Below are positions 14,639-20,000 of a DNA stretch of 20,000 nt, piece by piece. Position numbers and translations under genes: made by a program. Location: IMG/VR virus record IMGVR_UViG_3300021400_000484, positions 57,745-77,744 of that record; one strand, given 5' to 3'. Under the pieces are notes generated by a model, which saw only the letters and a program-made list of their open reading frames with translations, had not been told where the DNA came from and ran no database searches. Within the stretch, counting starts at the first letter, position 1; each line of letters opens with the position of its first letter. Source of the DNA: an uncultured virus (IMG/VR IMGVR_UViG_3300021400_000484) (taxonomy: Duplodnaviria > Heunggongvirae > Uroviricota > Caudoviricetes).

Positions 14639-16600
14639 ATGCCCGAAAATCAATTATTAAAACAGATAAATAGAGAGTTACGAGTAACTTCACTCGAAAA
14701 TTCAGAAAAGAAAGCTGCCAGAAATAAAGATGAGGCAGATGATAATGATAAAAAAGATTCAGATGAAATCTTAGATGATGAGAATGAACTGGATTCCGCT
14801 TCTGAAAATGATGAACAATCTGATGATACAGATGATGTAATGTCAGAAGAAAACGTCGAAGCAGAACGAGAAGCATTGGATGATTTGCAGGATGTAGAAT
14901 CCGACATTGAAGACGTTGCATCTGAACAGACAGATGAAGTCAAAGATGAATTGTCCGATGTAGTTTTGTCGTCTGCACCGCAGCTTTTAGATCCTGAAGC
15001 TCTGCCAACCGAACGAAACGAGATTGATGATCCCGTTGATACGAGTGGCATTTTAAAAGATTATAAATCAGATAAAACTTCTGACTTCATTGATCCAAAC
15101 GGTGATGATTCTGATAAAAATCAGTTGAAAGTTGTAGATACAGCTTTGGGTGTATTCACAATTTTGAACAATGATGATAAAAATGTTTTGTTGCTTGACA
15201 GCAATAAACAGAAAATTCAAATCTCAATAAATGACTTTAATAATCTACATCCATTTGAAATAAAAGATGATATGCTTTCGGATGTTAATTCTTTTACAGA
15301 TGCTTTTGAAAAAGATTTGAAAAAGAAAAAAGAGAAGCAGGAAATGGATGCAGAAGAAGGTGGCGACGAGGATGAAACAGAATTTGAAGAGGGTGAAGAT
15401 GAATCAGAAGATGAAGAACCAGCAGAAGAAGGTGGCGATGCTATGCCTGATTTGGGTGGCTTTGGTGAGTCTGTAAAACGTCGTCGCCGAGTAAAAAAAG
15501 AAAACAAAAATCTCATATCTGAAATTCAAAAAGGTTTGTCACAAAAGGCAGGCGTCGTTGAAACAATACGCAGCGATGTCCGTGGAAAGAATCGTTGTGT
15601 ACTTGTTGCAAAGCAGGCTAAGACAACAAAAGAATCACGCATGAATGAGACAAGACCTAAACCATCAAATTCTGTTATAAATTCTTATAAAAAGAAAAAT
15701 CAGAATAATGTGCTTGAGAGCAAAAAGAAAAAAGAAGCTACTCAAGTTGCCGATATAGCGCAAGCGCCTCGCGGTGTGTTCAGTGATGATGACAACTTTG
15801 ATCTTAATAAAGTTGTTACTATCAAAGATGGTAAATATGTTCTTGTTAAATTAGAAGGCAAATATAAGACTGCATATCTTAGATTGTTGCCTAAAAGGAA
15901 TATATCTATAAATGAATTGAAGTTTATTTTAAACGACGTTGAAACTTTCAACGAATCGTTAAAGGAAATAAAACGTGGATTTACTCTTATCGAAAAGGAA
16001 ATTGTTGCTATGAAAACAAAAAAATATGAAGCCGAAGAAGTTGAGGAAAAGGAAGAAATCGAGGACGACGAGGAATTAGAAGAAGTCGAAGTCGATAATG
16101 ATGAGGATGAAAAAGACGGCGACGCCGATGATGCAGAGGCAGATGACGAAAAAGATGATGATGCCGATGAGGACGAGGCAGAGGAAGCCGAAGATGAAGA
16201 AGCAGAATTAGCCGAAGATCAGCCTGATTCCGTTCCATTCTCAGTAGAGATTAATGGCGTTCGTTATTCTGGCACTCTCTATGCTGAAAAAGATGAGGAT
16301 GACGATGAGGATGACGACGAAGATTCTGATGAGGATGAGCAGGATGAGGATGACGACGATTATGCCGATCTGATTCTCCAGAGCGATGATGATATTGACG
16401 AATTAGATTTCCCGAACGGTCTTGATGATGATGATGAAATCATTGATGCCGATGTCGAGCTTGAAAATGTTCGTTACAATGTCTCATTTTATGATGTAAA
16501 GAAAGAGTGCATTAAACGTGCAAAACTTGAAATGCGCAAGCACAATAAGATTGGTGCATGGAATGCTCTCGTTCGCGGTGCAAAAAGCATTGAGTGCTAA
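14639..16600 (+). CDS. Large Asp/Glu-rich low-complexity protein, candidate prohead core/scaffold
   Basis: AGGAG SD overlapping the polA stop supports ATG 14639 (MPENQLL). Alternating very acidic and basic blocks. Ends at a strong terminator. Confidence 0.75.
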   Translation: MPENQLLKQINRELRVTSLENSEKKAARNKDEADDNDKKDSDEILDDENELDSASENDEQSDDTDDVMSEENVEAEREALDDLQDVESDIEDVASEQTDEVKDELSDVVLSSAPQLLDPEALPTERNEIDDPVDTSGILKDYKSDKTSDFIDPNGDDSDKNQLKVVDTALGVFTILNNDDKNVLLLDSNKQKIQISINDFNNLHPFEIKDDMLSDVNSFTDAFEKDLKKKKEKQEMDAEEGGDEDETEFEEGEDESEDEEPAEEGGDAMPDLGGFGESVKRRRRVKKENKNLISEIQKGLSQKAGVVETIRSDVRGKNRCVLVAKQAKTTKESRMNETRPKPSNSVINSYKKKNQNNVLESKKKKEATQVADIAQAPRGVFSDDDNFDLNKVVTIKDGKYVLVKLEGKYKTAYLRLLPKRNISINELKFILNDVETFNESLKEIKRGFTLIEKEIVAMKTKKYEAEEVEEKEEIEDDEELEEVEVDNDEDEKDGDADDAEADDEKDDDADEDEAEEAEDEEAELAEDQPDSVPFSVEINGVRYSGTLYAEKDEDDDEDDDEDSDEDEQDEDDDDYADLILQSDDDIDELDFPNGLDDDDEIIDADVELENVRYNVSFYDVKKECIKRAKLEMRKHNKIGAWNALVRGAKSIEC

Positions 16601-16623
16601 TTATTTGCATTGTGCTAAAAAAT

Positions 16624-16655
16624 AAAGAGCCAGAAATTTCTGGCTCTTTTTTTTT
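16624..16655 (+). terminator. Intrinsic terminator
   Basis: Perfect palindrome AAAGAGCCAGAAATTTCTGGCTCTTT running into a T9 tract. Confidence 0.9.
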
Positions 16656-16684
16656 GTTTATTATTTTCTATGCTATTTGAATTC

Positions 16685-16715
16685 AAAAAAAGCCAGTCGC
16701 TTTCGCAACTGGCTT
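16685..16715 (-). terminator. Intrinsic terminator for the sheath-like gene
   Basis: Minus strand AAGCCAGTTGC-GAAA-GCGACTGGC followed by T7, immediately after the stop at 16723. Confidence 0.9.
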
Positions 16716-16722
16716 AAATTTT

Positions 16723-17703
16723 TTATTCACCGCCATTATCAATGATGTATTGGCTTGGACATACATAGAATGTGTATGTGCTGAATGTCGTGACGGATGG
16801 AACGTCGCCTCCGCCTTCGATATTTGTTCTTAAAACGACAGGCAATGTCACCTTGTTTGGCGATGCCGTGCCATAAGCACGCATGGCAACTTGGTCGATT
16901 GAGAATGTAACGTTGCAAGGTGCGTTCTCAACAATGTTTGCAGATGGCTTTAGAACGATAGCTGTCTTTTTGTTATAGCCGTCGCCGAAGAACCAGTTTG
17001 CCTCGAACTGAGTGTCATTTAATAGTTCAGTAGCTTCTTGTCCAGACACGGGACTTTTGCTAACGATAATATCTTCTTCTGTGTCAGCAACATCTGAAAG
17101 TATAAGGCAAAGTTCTTCACTGTAAGATTTGTTGCCTTTGCTATCGATTTGATAAACGTCTGCATATCTTGCAGTCACAGAAGTGTTTTCCATTAAGATA
17201 GGATCGTCAACTATATCCATTGACAGATCATCAGCGATGTTCTTTAAATTGTCTGCTGGGACTTTCTGGGTTGTTGCGCCTTCTGTTGCAATGTGGAGCA
17301 TAAGGTTATGCGTTGCACCGCCGCCGTTTCCGTCTTCTACGTTGCCAGTTACGACGCCGATTGCAATTTCATTACCTTTACCACCATAAACAACATCAGT
17401 TGAAACGATAACCTGTGCGCCACGAAGTGAGTTTTCGTGAGCAACACGGATGATAAACATGGTGTTATCTTCTGCGATAATTTTATCGGCACAGATAAGT
17501 GCAATATGATCTGTCGTTGGCTCACCGAAAGTGGAAGCAAGCAAATCTGTTGAATTGATTTGATAGACTTTATTCAGTTCACCTTTAGAAGCAGTGACGC
17601 ATCCAAGTGCTGCCCAATTGAGTGCAGACGGGACTTTTGATTTGTCAACCACCCTAGAAAAAACATGGGCTGATTCTCTTTGTGTTCGCTCATATATTGC
17701 CAT
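16723..17703 (-). CDS. Tail-sheath N-terminal-domain-like protein (326 aa, lacks the sheath C-terminal domain)
   Basis: SAHVFSRVVDKS..ASKGELNKVYQINSTDLLASTFGEPT..MFIIRVA matches the sheath N-terminal pattern SPGVyvrEiD..kGPv..p..i.S...l...FG.P..vvRv. GGAG SD. Confidence 0.65.
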   Translation of the reverse strand: MAIYERTQRESAHVFSRVVDKSKVPSALNWAALGCVTASKGELNKVYQINSTDLLASTFGEPTTDHIALICADKIIAEDNTMFIIRVAHENSLRGAQVIVSTDVVYGGKGNEIAIGVVTGNVEDGNGGGATHNLMLHIATEGATTQKVPADNLKNIADDLSMDIVDDPILMENTSVTARYADVYQIDSKGNKSYSEELCLILSDVADTEEDIIVSKSPVSGQEATELLNDTQFEANWFFGDGYNKKTAIVLKPSANIVENAPCNVTFSIDQVAMRAYGTASPNKVTLPVVLRTNIEGGGDVPSVTTFSTYTFYVCPSQYIIDNGGE

Positions 17704-17765
17704 AATAAATTCTCCAATTATTTAAATATTGTAAAACAATCAAACGATAGCCATAGGACGATCTA

Positions 17766-17786
17766 TTTGTTATAGATAGAAAGATA
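17766..17786 (-). promoter_or_regulatory. Putative late promoter motif TATCTTTCTATCTATAACAAA
   Basis: Exact 21-nt match to 1659-1679, about 63 nt upstream of ATG 17703. Confidence 0.7.
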
Positions 17787-17788
17787 GG

Positions 17789-18157
17789 TTAATAAATTTC
17801 TAAAACCATATCATAAGAATCCAATGGATCTTCAACAGTTCCTGCACCGAAGCAAATAATATGTCCATCCATATTTCCAAATTCCGTTTCGATTTCAATG
17901 ACTCTATACTTGCCAGTCATTCTACCGTTTTCCCAACGATAGCCACCGAGAAAATGAGGATCATCTCCATAATAAACACCAGTGATGGATGGATGTGATT
18001 CTCGAATTGCATTGATTAATTCTTTGAAAGCACCCCACGCACCATCATCTTTAAGAATTTTTGATGTTAGTCTTTTCACTTCTGGATTTCTATATATAGC
18101 ATTTTTGATTTTTCTTAGTTCTCGCTTGTCGTCTTCAAAAAGTTTTTTTCTAATCAT
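17789..18157 (-). CDS. Hypothetical protein (122 aa)
   Basis: GAGGT SD. N-terminus MIRKKLFEDD. A weak late motif CTATCTAAAA lies at 18207-18198. Confidence 0.75.
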   Translation of the reverse strand: MIRKKLFEDDKRELRKIKNAIYRNPEVKRLTSKILKDDGAWGAFKELINAIRESHPSITGVYYGDDPHFLGGYRWENGRMTGKYRVIEIETEFGNMDGHIICFGAGTVEDPLDSYDMVLEIY

Positions 18158-18276
18158 ATTAACCTCTGTTATATAGTTGTTGAAGTTGGTAATTTATTTT
18201 TAGATAGTTTTTTTTTTTTTTGCTTTTTGCAATCAAAATACTGTGATATGATTTTTGTAGTTTTGCGTTGCGCTTG

Positions 18277-18288
18277 TCTATCTAATAA
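18277..18288 (+). promoter_or_regulatory. Putative late promoter motif TCTATCTAATAA
   Basis: About 40 nt upstream of the tail fibre ATG. Confidence 0.65.
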
Positions 18289-18327
18289 AATTAGCATTAT
18301 TTTTTCTTTTGAATAGGGTCGCAAAAT

Positions 18328-20000
18328 ATGAGTGCAGAAATTGAATTTAAACTAACTAGCATAGCGAAAACAGATTTAGCAAGCCTTTTAGATGGTGAGA
18401 CAATTGAAGTTACAAAGGCTTATATTACAAATGCGCAATCGGGCGAGGATATTCCTTATGTGTCAGGATTGTCGGGCACTGTTGTGTTTAATGGTGTAGT
18501 GCATGGCGAAGTTCTTTTTGAGAAAGATAACGTAATCTATACAAAAGAAGAATGGGCGGATATGCCAGCGGGTACGATCCCTGACACTGGAATTTTGCAT
18601 GTTGAATTTTTTGATGATTCAGAAACTTATTACAGCGGCAAAACAGTCGCAATAACATACAGAAAAGAACTTGAGGAGCGTATTCTCTGTTTAGCTACTG
18701 TTGAAAGTTCTGCCGATGAGTTGGTTGTAAAACATTTCTCGCCATTATCTTTTGCACTTGATCTTAGATTTGATAATGCAGATAGTGTTTCTTTTGAGAA
18801 TATAAACTTGTCTTTCCCGCCAGCGACAGAGACACGTCGAGGTTCTGTAAAAGTTGCCAGTAGTGAAGATGTAATGTCAGGTACAGGCACGGGTGTTGTC
18901 ACTTCACAGAATTTAAATACAAGACTAGGTGACTATGTTACGATAGCTACTACACAAACAATAACAGGTAGTAAGACATTTACATCTGATGTTTTTTTTG
19001 GTGGACAGAATTCCTATGTAGGAGGTGATGGCCATTATTTACATTCAATGTGTATTAATGGCAATGTTTCTAGTGAAATAGTTCAATCTTTTGGTAATAT
19101 AACTTTTCGATTATATAATGGTTCTACATCAATAGATACAATGTCCATAGCTGGTGTTAGTGATAATACAGAATCTCGGATATATTTAAATGCTGATAAT
19201 ACTGTTTTTCCTGAAGGTAAAAGACTATCGTTTGAAAAATATGGTGGATATTATTTAAATTTATATGAAACAATACATCAAGGTGTAGAGGAGGGTCAAC
19301 CTGTTAGTGTTCCAGATTTAAAAGTTGATATGTCTGGTTTATCAATTAGTGAACAAAGCAGGTTTATTATTAGTTCTGCAATGGTTGATGTGGCTTATTT
19401 TGATTCAGAAGGTTTAACTATTCTAGCTGGTAAAAGAATTTCAACACCAACAATAAATACAACACATGTTGTATTTGGAAAATATACATATAGTGGGCAA
19501 ACATATGATGTTGCTCTTTATAAAGAAAATAATAGTAGTAATAATATAGCATCTACATCTAATATAATTCCAGAAGATAATGACATGTATAATCTTGGAG
19601 AACCAGTAAGAAAATGGGATACAATATATTGTAATAATATTGGAAGTTTATCTGTTCCTGTTACTAATATTTATGGTTCATTAAAAGGTAATGCTGATAC
19701 AGCAACTACAGCAGAAACTGCGAAATATTTAACTTATTTCCCATCTTCTGGAACATCTACGAATTTAATATATGCTGCATCAACAACGAGTATATTGCCT
19801 ATTGGTACTTCTGGTAACATAGATTTAGGTAGTAATAGTGCTAAATTTAATTCAATATACGCAAATTTTTTTACAGGTTTAGCCAGTTTATCTTCTGAAT
19901 CTTTTATGTTGAGTACGATCAATGCTTACTTGTCTACACCAGTAAGAAAAGAGGTTGTTGGAGTACAGGCTACTAGTTCAGTAATTTATAATTTAATTCC
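18328..20000 (+). CDS. Tail fibre protein, 3'-truncated by the window edge
   Basis: Hand-translated frame is open from ATG 18328 (MSAEIEFKLTSIAK) to the end. Fibre-type motifs: PPATETRRGSVKVAS, YVTIATTQTITGSKTF, IIPEDNDMYNLGEPVRKWDTIY, GSLKGNADTAT and ILPIGTSGNIDLGSNSAKFNSIY. Confidence 0.85.
   Translation, partial: MSAEIEFKLTSIAKTDLASLLDGETIEVTKAYITNAQSGEDIPYVSGLSGTVVFNGVVHGEVLFEKDNVIYTKEEWADMPAGTIPDTGILHVEFFDDSETYYSGKTVAITYRKELEERILCLATVESSADELVVKHFSPLSFALDLRFDNADSVSFENINLSFPPATETRRGSVKVASSEDVMSGTGTGVVTSQNLNTRLGDYVTIATTQTITGSKTFTSDVFFGGQNSYVGGDGHYLHSMCINGNVSSEIVQSFGNITFRLYNGSTSIDTMSIAGVSDNTESRIYLNADNTVFPEGKRLSFEKYGGYYLNLYETIHQGVEEGQPVSVPDLKVDMSGLSISEQSRFIISSAMVDVAYFDSEGLTILAGKRISTPTINTTHVVFGKYTYSGQTYDVALYKENNSSNNIASTSNIIPEDNDMYNLGEPVRKWDTIYCNNIGSLSVPVTNIYGSLKGNADTATTAETAKYLTYFPSSGTSTNLIYAASTTSILPIGTSGNIDLGSNSAKFNSIYANFFTGLASLSSESFMLSTINAYLSTPVRKEVVGVQATSSVIYNLI

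Noticed and set aside
14637..16238. Minus-strand Ser-rich and His/Arg-rich ORFs
   Set aside because: Antisense artefacts of the GAA/GAT-rich acidic gene.
18630..19922. Minus-strand ORFs 18630-18902 and 19734-19922
   Set aside because: Shadows of the plus-strand tail fibre ORF, which is open from 18328 to the window end.
1..20000. Stop-codon reassignment, as seen in some large gut phages
   Set aside because: Long conserved genes are uninterrupted in code 11, and TAG, TGA and TAA all end genes at sensible positions next to the following SD or start.

Overview
AT-rich fragment of a large, contractile-tailed (T4-like/jumbo-type) bacteriophage read with the standard genetic code. Virion, packaging, replication and transcription genes are intermixed on alternating strands. 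Recognisable genes: a partial Hef-like nuclease with four 80-aa zinc-finger repeats (not in the ORF track), a gp19-like tail tube, a stand-alone TOPRIM primase domain, a sigma-factor-like protein, a Mor-like protein, a phage Dam methyltransferase, a large terminase with a mini-intein, a gp14-like neck protein, a separate primase zinc-finger gene coupled to an intein-containing family A DNA polymerase, a very acidic protein, a truncated tail-sheath-like protein and a partial tail fibre (not in the ORF track). Three signals stand out. (1) A recurrent TATCTA(A)TAA motif, including an exact 21-nt copy before both the tube and sheath-like genes, marks the virion genes and looks like a phage-specific late promoter, with a candidate cognate sigma factor in the window. 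(2) A 48-nt three-way-junction leader RNA has a loop complementary to the Shine-Dalgarno region of the nuclease gene. (3) The primase appears split into two genes about 8.5 kb apart. All product calls come from motif recognition by eye; no database searches were run.
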